From an uncultured virus (IMG/VR IMGVR_UViG_3300009034_001352) (lineage: Duplodnaviria > Heunggongvirae > Uroviricota > Caudoviricetes): 64,000 nucleotides of DNA. The notes under the pieces are model-generated. The model worked only from the letters and a program-made list of their open reading frames with translations, did not search any database and was not told the origin of the DNA. The stretch's first letter is position 1. Each line of letters opens with the position of its first letter. Both the position numbers and the translations under genes were made by a program. The DNA lies in the IMG/VR virus record IMGVR_UViG_3300009034_001352, positions 1 to 64,000 of that record; one strand, written 5' to 3'. Shown one piece after another: positions 20,043 through 30,571 of the stretch.

Positions 20043-20071
20043 AATATACTATATATGTAAGCAAAAGTAAA
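20043..20071 (-). promoter_or_regulatory. Leftward sigma70-like promoter
   Basis: TTTACT-N17-TATATT on the minus strand. Confidence 0.6.
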
Positions 20072-20300
20072 GTACTTTTTGTAAAATAATAAAAAAAATA
20101 CATCTTTTTTTAAATAAAATCGTATACTTTCTCATACCTCTTTTACATGAAATATTTAGACGCTTATATCTTCAAAATAATGAACTTGTTTTATAAAAAT
20201 GTACTGTACTTTACAGTTTTTTATAAATAACATAATTTCTAATTCTTTATAACATAAGGAGATAGAAGTCTGTCTTTTAAGCTAATATTTCTCATATTTT

Positions 20301-20345
20301 ATAAATCATATAATTACTTATAATATAAGTAATTATATGATTTAT
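20301..20345. repeat. Perfect 22-bp inverted repeat with 1-nt centre
   Basis: ataaatcatataattacttata-a-tataagtaattatatgatttat. Confidence 0.9.
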
Positions 20346-20576
20346 TTATATTTATACTATATAAAAAAGTGGTATATAAGTATCACTTTTGAAATAAAAC
20401 CTTACTACGCCAATCTATGAGCGTCTAATATTCTTATAGTATTGAAAAAGTAAGAGGGGTCCATTACAAAATGTATTGAATCCCTCTTTTTCGAAGTATA
20501 TATGAAATAAACAAAAATAAAAAAAGTGTTCATATATATTATAATAAAAAATAATCAAAATTTATATATTTTTCTA

Positions 20577-20605
20577 TTTACTTTTTTGAAAATATTTTGT
20601 ACTAT
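20577..20605 (+). promoter_or_regulatory. Rightward sigma70-like promoter
   Basis: TTTACT-N17-TACTAT. Confidence 0.6.
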
Positions 20606-20612
20606 TATATTA

Positions 20613-20748
20613 GGATGGTTGAGTATAGCATATATTATATAAGAAAATTTACAGCCCTTATTAAGGGGCGTCTTTTTTGGGTTTACTCAACCATCCAAAA
20701 TGCCCAAAATACCAGAAATGGTAAGACGCTCTTTAATAAGGGTTTTTT
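20613..20748 (+). promoter_or_regulatory. Leader with interleaved inverted repeats (A-B-A'-B'-polyU)
   Basis: A 20613-25 / A' 20684-96; B 20653-74 / B' 20723-44. Confidence 0.6.
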
Positions 20749-21104
20749 ATTGGAGAAAATAAATGAATGCATCTGGACAATTGATGGAATTATTGAAACA
20801 AAATATAGATATCAATTCTAAAATTACATGTGGTAGATGTAATAGGAAACATAAAATATCAAGAATGTTTAGATGTTATGAGGGTTTGATTTGGTTTTGT
20901 AATGAATGCGCAAGTATTCATTTTAATATGAAAAGACCTAATATATTTGAAAGAAGAGATAAATGAATAGAAATGAAGGAATATGGATACATCATAAAAG
21001 TGTATTTGAATTTCCGATTACTATAAAAGAATTTGTTAAGAATGATGAATTAGATTATAATCCAACATATAGTTTTATTTTTAATAAAGATAAAGGAGGA
21101 ATAA

Positions 21105-21281
21105 ATGATAATAAAAGAAGGTGATTGTTTTTATAAACGATACGATAAAAGGAAATATCATATAATCAAAATAATAGAAGACAATAATAAAAAATTAGTC
21201 ATTTATAAATTTTATGGTATTCACAAATAGTGGTGGCAATTATACAATAGAAAGTTTGAAGATGATGGAAGATTGGTTTAA
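21105..21281 (+). pseudogene. Small phage ORF with internal TAG (FYGIHK*WWQ)
   Basis: Strong SD and ATG; in-frame TAG at 21228; frame continues to TAA at 21279. Confidence 0.45.
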
Positions 21282-21322
21282 ACATAATTTATATATATTT
21301 AAAAGAAATAAAGGAAAATTAA

Positions 21323-22642
21323 ATGAATAATTTACTTAAAAAAACATTATCTAATAATGGATGGATTCAGTGTAATAAATATTTAGCAAAAACAATAGGT
21401 ATTTATGAATCAATACTTATCAGTGAACTTATATCAAAATATAATTATTTAGAAGAAAATAATAAAATAAATAATGAATGGTTTTTTTATTTAAAAAAAG
21501 ATATAGAAGACAATACAGGATTATCAAATCATAAAGCATGGAAAACTATGAGCCATCTTCAAGAAATAAAATTTATAGATATAAAAAGAAAAGGAATTCC
21601 ATCTAAACATTTTTTTAAAATATTAGATGATAATATTATTAAATTTATTGAAAATCCTTTACAATATATAGAAAAATATATAGATCCCAGTGATTTGAAA
21701 ATTAAATGGCTTAGTGATTTAAAAATCAAATCACTTGCGATTTTAAAATTAAATGTATATTCTACTAATAATAAGAATATTAATAAAAAGAATAAAAAAG
21801 AAGATAAGTGTTTTCCTATAGAAAACACAAAAACTTCTATTAAAAAATTAAATTCTTCTATAGAGAAAATTATAAAAGAAATTCTTCCTATAGGAAATTT
21901 TACTAATAAAATCTATAAAAAAGATAAAAGTATACACAAAACAATCTTTTCTATAGAAAAATTTATATTATCTATGAAAGAAGGTAGATTAAGTCAACAT
22001 TATAAATTTGATCCTAATTGGATAGATAAATATAATATTATTATTCCTAATGGGAAATTTGATAATAATGAAATCATCCTAAAGAATTTTAAAAAAGCTA
22101 TCAAAAGATATAATAAAATGAAAATTGAAGGGTATTGGCCTCCTGATAAATCCGGATTAACCACTAATTTTATGAATTTTTTATACAACCCAAGATCACA
22201 TAAATCAAGATTTTTATATTGTTTATCTAATAGACCAATAAAAATAAGAGAAGCAGAAGTAGATAAATTAGTGGATAAACTTGATCCTAATATCAGACAA
22301 ATAGCTATAAAATATAAACAGAAAGATTGGGATGAAGTTATTTATTGGGAGAAAATATATAAATTATATAAATGGTATGATGAAAGTGAAGATGGATTAT
22401 CAGAATTAAATATGCCGAGATGGGAGGGAGTTTGTGGGTCATTTAGTATGTTTCTCGAAAAAATAAAAGAATTTTCAGAAACTTGGTCTAATTGGAATAT
22501 AGGTAATTTTGGTTATAATAATTCTACCTGGAAAATATTTGCCAGATGGCTTAAAGAAAAATATGAAATTAATATAAATTTTTCAAAAAAAGCAATAAAA
22601 AAGGCAATTGAAAATTATAATAATAATATAGGTATAGGATAA
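21323..22642 (+). CDS. Putative replication initiator-like protein (N-terminal wHTH)
   Basis: LAKTIG..E.ILISEL...WF...IEDNTGLS...I.IKRKGIP pattern. Confidence 0.6.
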   Translation: MNNLLKKTLSNNGWIQCNKYLAKTIGIYESILISELISKYNYLEENNKINNEWFFYLKKDIEDNTGLSNHKAWKTMSHLQEIKFIDIKRKGIPSKHFFKILDDNIIKFIENPLQYIEKYIDPSDLKIKWLSDLKIKSLAILKLNVYSTNNKNINKKNKKEDKCFPIENTKTSIKKLNSSIEKIIKEILPIGNFTNKIYKKDKSIHKTIFSIEKFILSMKEGRLSQHYKFDPNWIDKYNIIIPNGKFDNNEIILKNFKKAIKRYNKMKIEGYWPPDKSGLTTNFMNFLYNPRSHKSRFLYCLSNRPIKIREAEVDKLVDKLDPNIRQIAIKYKQKDWDEVIYWEKIYKLYKWYDESEDGLSELNMPRWEGVCGSFSMFLEKIKEFSETWSNWNIGNFGYNNSTWKIFARWLKEKYEININFSKKAIKKAIENYNNNIGIG

Positions 22643-22744
22643 AAGAAAAGAGTAAATAGATTTATATTTAGCCTGTGCGGTATAAATCGAAAATATAATT
22701 ATTTATAGGATAAGGCCCCTATTGAAAAATAGGGGAACTTTTAC

Positions 22745-22873
22745 TTGACTTAATTTTTGCAATAGGATAATATAATGAATATGCTGTCGGAAAAAATAAA
22801 TAATAAATATTTATCCCCCAGGTGGTTTTTAAACAAATCTTTAAATTCCGACAGCATCCTGGGGGATTTTTTA
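22745..22873 (+). promoter_or_regulatory. Promoter followed by a second A-B-A'-B'-polyU leader
   Basis: TTGACT-N17-TAATAT; atgctgtcggaa/ttccgacagcat and atcccccagg/cctgggggat. Confidence 0.6.
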
Positions 22874-22886
22874 TATAGGAACAAAA

Positions 22887-23333
22887 ATGAAAAGGAATGG
22901 GTATTTTGGAATAGGGATTGAGCAGGGAAAAACAAAGTTTAATTATTGGACTTTGTTCAGAACAGCTCAAATATTTAATGCAGATTTTTTGTTTACTATT
23001 GGTAAAAGATTTGAAAAAGGACATCCAGATACTATGAAATCATTTAGACATATTCCAACATATAGTTATATTGATTTTGATGATTTTAATAATCATAGAC
23101 CGTATGGATGCATTTTAGTTGGAATTGAATTGATTGATTCTGCTGTTAATTTAAAAAACTTTGTACATCCAAAACGAGTATGTTATTTGTTAGGGGCAGA
23201 AGATAATGGATTAACAAAGAATGCAATTAAAAAATGTCAATATTTAGTCAAACTTCCTGGGGAGAAAAGTTTGAATGTGGCTGTAGCTGGATCTATTGTC
23301 TTATATGATAGAATTCAAAAAGGGATTGTTTAG
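22887..23333 (+). CDS. SpoU/TrmH-family (SPOUT) RNA methyltransferase
   Basis: N..TL.RTA, LLGAEDNGL, SLNVAVAGSIVLYDR. Confidence 0.9.
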   Translation: MKRNGYFGIGIEQGKTKFNYWTLFRTAQIFNADFLFTIGKRFEKGHPDTMKSFRHIPTYSYIDFDDFNNHRPYGCILVGIELIDSAVNLKNFVHPKRVCYLLGAEDNGLTKNAIKKCQYLVKLPGEKSLNVAVAGSIVLYDRIQKGIV

Positions 23334-23337
23334 CAAA

Positions 23338-24354
23338 ATGGAAAACAAGAATCTAATTGATAGAGTAAAAGAACATATTATTTTATATTATAAAAAAAAT
23401 GATAAAAGAATTCCTAAAATATCCAATATTGAAAGACATTTTAATATAACAAAAAAGAAAGCTACTAAAATATACAGAGCATTAGTTGATCAAGGATTTT
23501 TGAAAAGAAATTATAGCCAATATAAAAAAGTTGAAAAACAATCTATTTTGAAAAAAAATAAAAATGATATAATTGTCTTTATTATTAAAATTATCATGGC
23601 TATAGTAGGAATTGGGGCTGTGTGTTTGAGCGTTTATTATACTGGAATATGGTTGGATGAATTTTTACCTGTATTTTTGGCCTATCTATTATCAAGTATA
23701 ATGATTGCTTTTTCTGTAATTGCTTTTGAGACTATTATAATTTTATGGGAAAATAAACAATTTCCTATTGTTAGTTTATTTATTGTTTTATGGATTATAG
23801 TTTTAGTTTTTTCTATGATATCAACGATAGCTGGTCAATATAATCAAAGAATAAAAAATGTAATAACAGAAACTATAGTAAATGTTGAAATAACTCATAA
23901 TAAGTTAACTTATGATATCTATAATCAAGAAGAAAAAGATGTTCAAGAAAGTATAAAAAGAAAAGAAAAAGAACTTGATCCTTTTTTGAATATATTATCA
24001 GACTTTGAAGAAGTAGATGATATTGATGAAAGTAAAAGAACGCAATATGTCCACTGGGATACTTATGAGAAAATAAAAAGTATAAATAAAGAAATAGAAA
24101 AATTGAGAGATGAGTTGAAAAAAGTTAGAGAAAAAAAGAAAATTCATCTTGAAGAAAAAGAAGTTATTGGAGCTGTGGAAGATACTGATGTTGAATATGC
24201 TTCATTTTATGTATGGTTATCGAATATTTTTAATGTTGAAGTAATGTATATTGAATTTTGGTTGAGTATCTTCCCAGCTATTTTTATCGATTTAATCGCG
24301 CCTTTAGCAATTGCTATTAGTATGTTTTTGAGGAGAAAGAAAAATGAAATGTAA
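23338..24354 (+). CDS. Membrane protein: HTH-like N-terminus, three TM helices, coiled coil, C-terminal TM
   Basis: Hydrophobicity pattern. Confidence 0.55.
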   Translation: MENKNLIDRVKEHIILYYKKNDKRIPKISNIERHFNITKKKATKIYRALVDQGFLKRNYSQYKKVEKQSILKKNKNDIIVFIIKIIMAIVGIGAVCLSVYYTGIWLDEFLPVFLAYLLSSIMIAFSVIAFETIIILWENKQFPIVSLFIVLWIIVLVFSMISTIAGQYNQRIKNVITETIVNVEITHNKLTYDIYNQEEKDVQESIKRKEKELDPFLNILSDFEEVDDIDESKRTQYVHWDTYEKIKSINKEIEKLRDELKKVREKKKIHLEEKEVIGAVEDTDVEYASFYVWLSNIFNVEVMYIEFWLSIFPAIFIDLIAPLAIAISMFLRRKKNEM

Positions 24355-26065
24355 AATGTGTAATAAAGAATATCATTATTGTGGTACTTGCGAATATGAT
24401 TTTTCTATGTACCCATTATCTGAAGGTTATTGCTATATGGATTGTTTTATAAAATCAGATGTATATAATCAACATATAAATCTTTTAATAAAATTTGAGG
24501 AATCATTATTAGATGATCAAAAAGTGTTATTAAAAGAAATATTAGGATATGATGATTTTTATATCGATGAATTATTAAATTTATTGGAGTATGTTAATGA
24601 AAAATAATAAAAATAAAATAAAACAATTTATGAAATTAAAGAATAAAGTTATTGATAATTTGCAAATAAAAGATGGTATTTATTATAATGATAAAGATGA
24701 AAAAATTATAAATAACTGGAAAGAAGAAGATTGTGAAGAAATATGGAAATTTATAAAAGAAAAAATAAAAGAAGGATATAAAGGATTAGGCAATGAAACA
24801 TGTCCTTTTTGTGTGAAAAAAATAATTGAAAATCTATATACAAAGTTTTTTGATAGAAGTTTATGTGGTAAAAAGAATATATGTGAATATAGTAAAAATC
24901 ATGGTAATTGTTATATGTATAATAGTGATTATAAAAAATATAGTGATTTTGTTTATCACTTTTTTATAAATGATTTCTATAAAAATATGATAAAGGAAAT
25001 AGAAAATGATTGAAGGAATACTAATTAAAATAAATGACAATTGTTTTAAGAAATCTTTTTTTAAGAAAATACTATCTATATTTTTCAAAAAATATAGAAT
25101 TAAAAAATATATAATTAAAGATAATTAGATATTACAAATGAAAAATGGATCAATTATTATGAATTCAAATACTTTTAAAAAAATGAAAGATTATTTTAAC
25201 AAGGAGGAAATAAATGAGATTAGCACCTGATGGTAAAGTATATGATGTTGATAATATTTGTAAAGAACCAAATGAAAATGAAATAGAAGCAATTCAATAT
25301 TTAAGGCCAGATGGAAAGCGGAGATGTATGATGGCTGTTATTAAGAATAAAAAGATAGTTAAATATTCAAGAAAGATGATATTATCGATGGAAGAATTAA
25401 GAACTGGAGAAGTTGCATTTTATGCAAGATTCAAGGATGAAAAAGAGGAAGAAGAGAATATTATATTATTAAATAATGGCCCTGGTATTATAGAGAAATG
25501 TTGTAATCTTATAGAACAGAAATGGAATCAAAGATATGGAGAAAAAAAATGAAAGAAATTGAATGTGATGATTATGAATTTGTAAATATTCATTCAGATG
25601 CTGGTAGTTCTGGAGTACAATTTAATTGTCCCGCATGTTCTGATACAATTACTATTGCTGAATATGATTGGTGGTCAAAAGTATGTAGTTGTGGTTATGA
25701 ATGGGAATTAGAAATTATTATAAAAGGATATAAAGATGATTAAAAATAGAGATAATAATAGAGATAATAAAATTATAAAAATAGATACATGGAATATGTG
25801 TTGTTATTTTGTGAAATCCATTAAACATCATTTGAAGAAAATTCATGAGATAAAAAGGATTGATTTAATTATTTTTTCTGATTTATATTATGAGAAAAAT
25901 GATGTCTGTGAAGTTTATAAACATATGGATGAAGTAAATATAATAATAAATAAAAAAGAAATTATTTTGGAAAGGAAAGTTGATTCTATTTTTAATAGTA
26001 TTAATTTTGATTCAAATGTTTTTAATCGAGGATATGTATTTTTGGGATTAAAATATAAAATATAA
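24344..26065 (+). other. Cluster of small hypothetical ORFs, several Cys-rich
   Basis: Tightly packed or overlapping ORFs with SDs. Confidence 0.55.
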
Positions 26066-26185
26066 GGAAATATAAATGATTAAAAAAATATGTGAATGTG
26101 GCTGTGGTGATTTTGTTAAAAAAGAAAAAAATAAATTTATAAATGGACATCAAAATAAAGGAATGGTGGAAAAGGAGAAAAGAAG

Positions 26186-27235
26186 TTGATACGATGTATA
26201 AAAATATTTAATTTCCAATCACATGAAAATACAAAATTAGAATTACATGAAAATGTAAATGCTATAATAGGTAATACTAATCAAGGTAAAACAGCTGTTA
26301 TAAGATCCTTGCTTTGGCCTCTAACTAATAAACCAAGAGGAATTTCATTTATATCACACTGGGCAGATGAAAAGATGGATACATCTGTGGAAGTTGAAAC
26401 TGATAAAGGAATAGTGATAAGAAAAAGAACAGAAAAATTTAATGGTTATATTATTAAAAGTAAAAAAGGAGAACAAACATTTGAAGCGATAAGAGCGGAT
26501 GTTCCAGATGAAGTAAAAAAAATAATAAATATAGATGAAGTTAATATTCAAAAACAACTTGATGCTCCTTTTTTATTATCTGAATCATCTGGAGAAGTTG
26601 CAAGATTTTTTAACAGAACTATTAAATTAGATTTGATTGATAAAATGTTGAGTTTGGTGGAACAGAAAAAAAGAAAAGAAAAAAATAATTTAAAAACAAT
26701 TCAAAATAATTTAATAGAAATCGAAAAACAACTTGAAAATTTAACTTGGATTGATAAAGCTAAAGAATTAATAGACAGAGTAAAAAATATTGAAAATAAA
26801 ATAGATACTATAAAAGATAATTTTGAGAGTATATCTTTATTTATAAACAAATACAAAGAAAATAAAAAAATAGAGATTGCTATAAATATTGAATCTATTG
26901 AAAAATTAATAGAAAAATATGAGTTAATTGAAAAAAGGTATAATGATAAAGAAAAGGAAAATGATGATTTTTCTAATCAATTACGTAGGTATAAAATAAA
27001 TAAAAATATTTTGGATAAGATAGGGGATTTGAGAAATGTTAAAGAATTATTTAAGAAGATAAATGAAATTGAAAAAAAGATTAAAATAATTGAGGATGAA
27101 TATTCGAATGTACAATTAGAAATACAAAAATATGAAATGAATGAAAATAGAATAAGAAAAATGGAAAATGAAATAAGAAAAATGGAAAATAAATTACCGA
27201 ATAATTGTCCATTATGTGGTCAAAAGATAGAATGA
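26186..27235 (+). CDS. sbcC: SbcC/Rad50-like ATPase, N-terminal half
   Basis: NFQSH, Walker A GNTNQGKT, coiled coil, ends at zinc hook CPLCG. Confidence 0.85.
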   Translation: MIRCIKIFNFQSHENTKLELHENVNAIIGNTNQGKTAVIRSLLWPLTNKPRGISFISHWADEKMDTSVEVETDKGIVIRKRTEKFNGYIIKSKKGEQTFEAIRADVPDEVKKIINIDEVNIQKQLDAPFLLSESSGEVARFFNRTIKLDLIDKMLSLVEQKKRKEKNNLKTIQNNLIEIEKQLENLTWIDKAKELIDRVKNIENKIDTIKDNFESISLFINKYKENKKIEIAINIESIEKLIEKYELIEKRYNDKEKENDDFSNQLRRYKINKNILDKIGDLRNVKELFKKINEIEKKIKIIEDEYSNVQLEIQKYEMNENRIRKMENEIRKMENKLPNNCPLCGQKIE

Positions 27236-27244
27236 GGAAAGAAA

Positions 27245-27989
27245 ATGATTGATAATAGAGACGAAAAGTATATAGGTTTAATTTATGCATATTTTTATAA
27301 GATGACAGGAAAAGAAATTGCAAATATTTTGGATAAAAAACATGTATATAAAGAAGAGGATTTACCTCGTTATTCTTTTAATGATAGAAAAGAAATTGTT
27401 CGTTCTGATTGTTGGTTCCAATTTGTAGAGCCAGATAAAAAAACATATATACTTTTTGATATTGTCACATGTGATTACACCTTTCAGGATAATTTATTTG
27501 ATTATTTTGATGATTATTTTATAAGTGAGAAAAATAAAATTGATCAAGATAATATAATAATAAATGAATGGAATACAAGAAAAATACCATATCCTACATA
27601 TTTTAAAATTACATTAAGATGGAATTATGATTATTGGGGAGAATACGATGATAGTATTGAGATAGTTTTATGGAAAGGATTGGAAAATGAATAAGATTAA
27701 AAATTATTTTGAAAAATTAAGATTTGATAAAACAAGTCATTTAGGATTGGGTGATATACGATTAACTATGGGGCAACAAGAAGATATTTTATCAATTATA
27801 AAAGATGAAAATAAAGTTAATTTTTTGAAAGAATTAAAATTATTATTAGATAAATATAATGTAAGAATCTGTGTGTATGATAAATATGATGGAGAAGAAA
27901 GAATGTGTGGAAATGAAATATGTTTTGTTAGTAGTGATTATACTATTGATATTGATGAACGGCATATGTTTGATGGAATAAAGGATTAA
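27245..27989 (+). other. Two hypothetical ORFs (27245-27694, 27687-27989)
   Basis: ORF track, overlapping stop/start. Confidence 0.55.
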
Positions 27990-27992
27990 ATA

Positions 27993-28412
27993 ATGAATAA
28001 TAAATTTATTGTTACAAGTGATTGGCACTTACGGTATGATAAACCAAGATGCCGATTGGATGAAGATTGGATTGAAACACAAAGAAAAACTATTCAATTT
28101 GTATATGATGAAGCTATTAAAAGAAGCGCAGATATAATTATTTGTGGGGATCTTTTTCATGAACCTAAACCTAGAAATCCACAAGAATTAGAAATAATGA
28201 TTATTAAAGCTGCAAAAGAATTTTATGAAAAAACTAATAAATACACATATATAATAATAGGTAATCATTCTTTATTATATCATAATATTAAAAACAAAGA
28301 TAAAGGAAGTATAGGTGTTATTTTAGCATCTGGTTATTTTAAGTTATTATCACAAAACGGTATTAAAATAAATGATGTAAAAATAAAAGGATATAGTTAT
28401 GGAGAATGTTAA
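27993..28412 (+). CDS. sbcD: SbcD/Mre11 metallophosphoesterase, N-terminal part
   Basis: SDWH, GDLFH, GNH motifs. Confidence 0.85.
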   Translation: MNNKFIVTSDWHLRYDKPRCRLDEDWIETQRKTIQFVYDEAIKRSADIIICGDLFHEPKPRNPQELEIMIIKAAKEFYEKTNKYTYIIIGNHSLLYHNIKNKDKGSIGVILASGYFKLLSQNGIKINDVKIKGYSYGEC

Positions 28413-28923
28413 AGAGATATGGAAAGATATTCCAGGATATAAAGGAATATATCAAGTATCTAATTTTGGAAGAGTAAAAAGTTTAAAAAGAAAATTATGG
28501 AATGGATCCGGTTATTTTTATTGTAAAGAAAGAATATTAAAGAGTAGTGAAACAAAAAAAGGATATGTTTATTATTATTTAAGAAATAAGAGGAAAAAAA
28601 GAAAAAGTGAATTCAGTCATAGATTAGTTATGTATGCTTTTGTAGGAAAAAATACAAGTAAAAAAATTGTAGTAAATCATATTGATGGAAACAAAAGGAA
28701 TAATTGTATAGATAATTTAGAATATATTACATATAAACAAAATAATAGACATGCTTGGGATATAGGATTATATAATGATGAAACAAGAAAGAAATTATCT
28801 GAAATAAGTAAAAATAAAAAAGTATCTAAAGAAACGAAAAAGAAAATGTCTGAATCAGGTAAAATTGCTTGGATAAAAAGAAAGGAAAGAATGTTAAATG
28901 AAAGAAACAGTTGTATTGCATAA
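28399..28923 (+). CDS. NUMOD4-HNH homing endonuclease
   Basis: EIWKDIPGY.G.YQVSNFGRVKS; HRLV; VNHIDGNKRNN...NLE. Confidence 0.92.
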   Translation: MENVKEIWKDIPGYKGIYQVSNFGRVKSLKRKLWNGSGYFYCKERILKSSETKKGYVYYYLRNKRKKRKSEFSHRLVMYAFVGKNTSKKIVVNHIDGNKRNNCIDNLEYITYKQNNRHAWDIGLYNDETRKKLSEISKNKKVSKETKKKMSESGKIAWIKRKERMLNERNSCIA

Positions 28924-29383
28924 AATGATTTTTAAAAATGAAGTTCCTCCTTTTATAGATGGTTTTACAGCAAAAGAAATGTTAGAACGATTTCCAATAG
29001 CAAAATATATTTGTACTGGAGATAATCATCATGGGTTTATTTATGAGGATAATTATAGATATGTGATAAATCCAGGATGTTTGATTAGACAAACTGCTGA
29101 TTTAAAAGATTATCAACCTTTTATTGTTTATTTGGATATGGAAAAAGAAATTGTAAAAAAAATATTTGTTCCTGATGATTGTGATATAGTAGATGATGAA
29201 TATTTGAAAGATGAAGAAAAAAGAAATGATAGAATTGAGGCTTTTGTTGATTCGATTAAGAAAGGTAAAAATGTTAGTTTGTCTTTTGAAGATAATTTGA
29301 GAAAAGCGGTGCTGAAAAATAAAAAAGAGATAGGAAAAGGAGTAATTGATATAATTCAAGAGATTATGGAGGAAGTGAGATAA
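28898..29383 (+). CDS. sbcD: SbcD/Mre11 metallophosphoesterase, C-terminal part
   Basis: VLH, TGDNH, NPGCL.R motifs completing the fold. Confidence 0.82.
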   Translation: MKETVVLHKMIFKNEVPPFIDGFTAKEMLERFPIAKYICTGDNHHGFIYEDNYRYVINPGCLIRQTADLKDYQPFIVYLDMEKEIVKKIFVPDDCDIVDDEYLKDEEKRNDRIEAFVDSIKKGKNVSLSFEDNLRKAVLKNKKEIGKGVIDIIQEIMEEVR

Positions 29384-30358
29384 TGAAAAAAGATTGTGAT
29401 ACTTGTATGCATAAATGTACTAATATATATCCTTGTCCTAAATGTGATAGTAATAATATAGAAATTTATTTTGAAAAAAATAATATTGTTATTATTAAAT
29501 GTAAACACTGTAATATTCAATATAGACAGCAATATAAATATATAACTAAAGAAAAGCTTTTAGAGAAAATGATAAATAAATGGAATAATAGAATAAATAA
29601 TAAATATAAGGTTATGTGGGAAATAATGAAAGATAAAATGACAAAAAGTTATTATGTTTCTCATTTTGAAATTATAAAAGTAATACAAGATATAGAGAGA
29701 GAATATAATAAAAATTATGATAAAGAGGAAATAAAATGACAAATCAACAAAAAGAAATTGTTAGAAATTATATAACAGATATGATAAATAATTTTAGTTA
29801 TTGTGATATTGATTGTATGATTGAAGATAATGGAGATATATTTACACCTCCGGACGCTGATTTGGTAGTGGAATATTTGACTAAATTAAAAGTTGTGGAG
29901 AAATAAAATGAGGAGAATAACAGCAAGAAAAATAAGAAAATTAGCGAATAAAATTAAATTGAAAGATAATAAAAATGAAATTCTTTATAAAGTATTAAAG
30001 AAGGGATATTATTCTATGAATAGAATAGAAAGAACAAAATATTTGAAAGGAGTAAAATTATATGACAACAACAGAGTTTGAAGATTTGAAAGATAAAATT
30101 GAAGATTTGAAAGAAAAGAAAGCAAAAGCAAAAGGAGTGATGGAGGAAATAGAAAAAAATTGGAATGAAAAATATGGATTTTTTGATTTAGAATCAGCCG
30201 AAAAAAAAGAGCAGGAATTAAAAAATGAATTAAATAAACTTGAAAAAAAGAGAGATAATATAATGAAAAGGATTGAAGATATAATGAAAGAAAAAGAATC
30301 TGATAAAGAATCTTCCAAAATGCATAAATGGGGTTTATTTGATTATAAAAAAACATAA
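29383..30358 (+). other. Small hypothetical ORFs (Zn-ribbon 29383-29739; coiled coil 30062-30358; others)
   Basis: ORF track. Confidence 0.5.
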
Positions 30359-30571
30359 AATATATAAAAATCTATAATTATGGTAAAAATTGGATTGATC
30401 CTGAATTTATTGAAAATATGAAAATGACTATGCAAAAGGAAACAGAAAAAGAAACAGAAAAAGAAACAGAAAAAGGTAATATTTTAAGACATTTATTGTT
30501 TAAATCAAGAATTTTATTAAATATTGATTTTCCTGATAATAATTTTATACACGGAGTAATAGGAGGTTATT

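Noticed and set aside
20301..20345. Protelomerase (telRL-like) site
   Set aside because: No protelomerase gene seen in the window and the palindrome has an odd centre; unsupported
20597..20821. 74-aa ORF, and similarly 19822-20070
   Set aside because: They overlap promoters and structured leaders and lack a convincing SD
21228..21230. In-frame TAG as evidence of stop-codon reassignment
   Set aside because: Long conserved genes are intact under the standard code and TAG ends several genes; a single nonsense change is simpler
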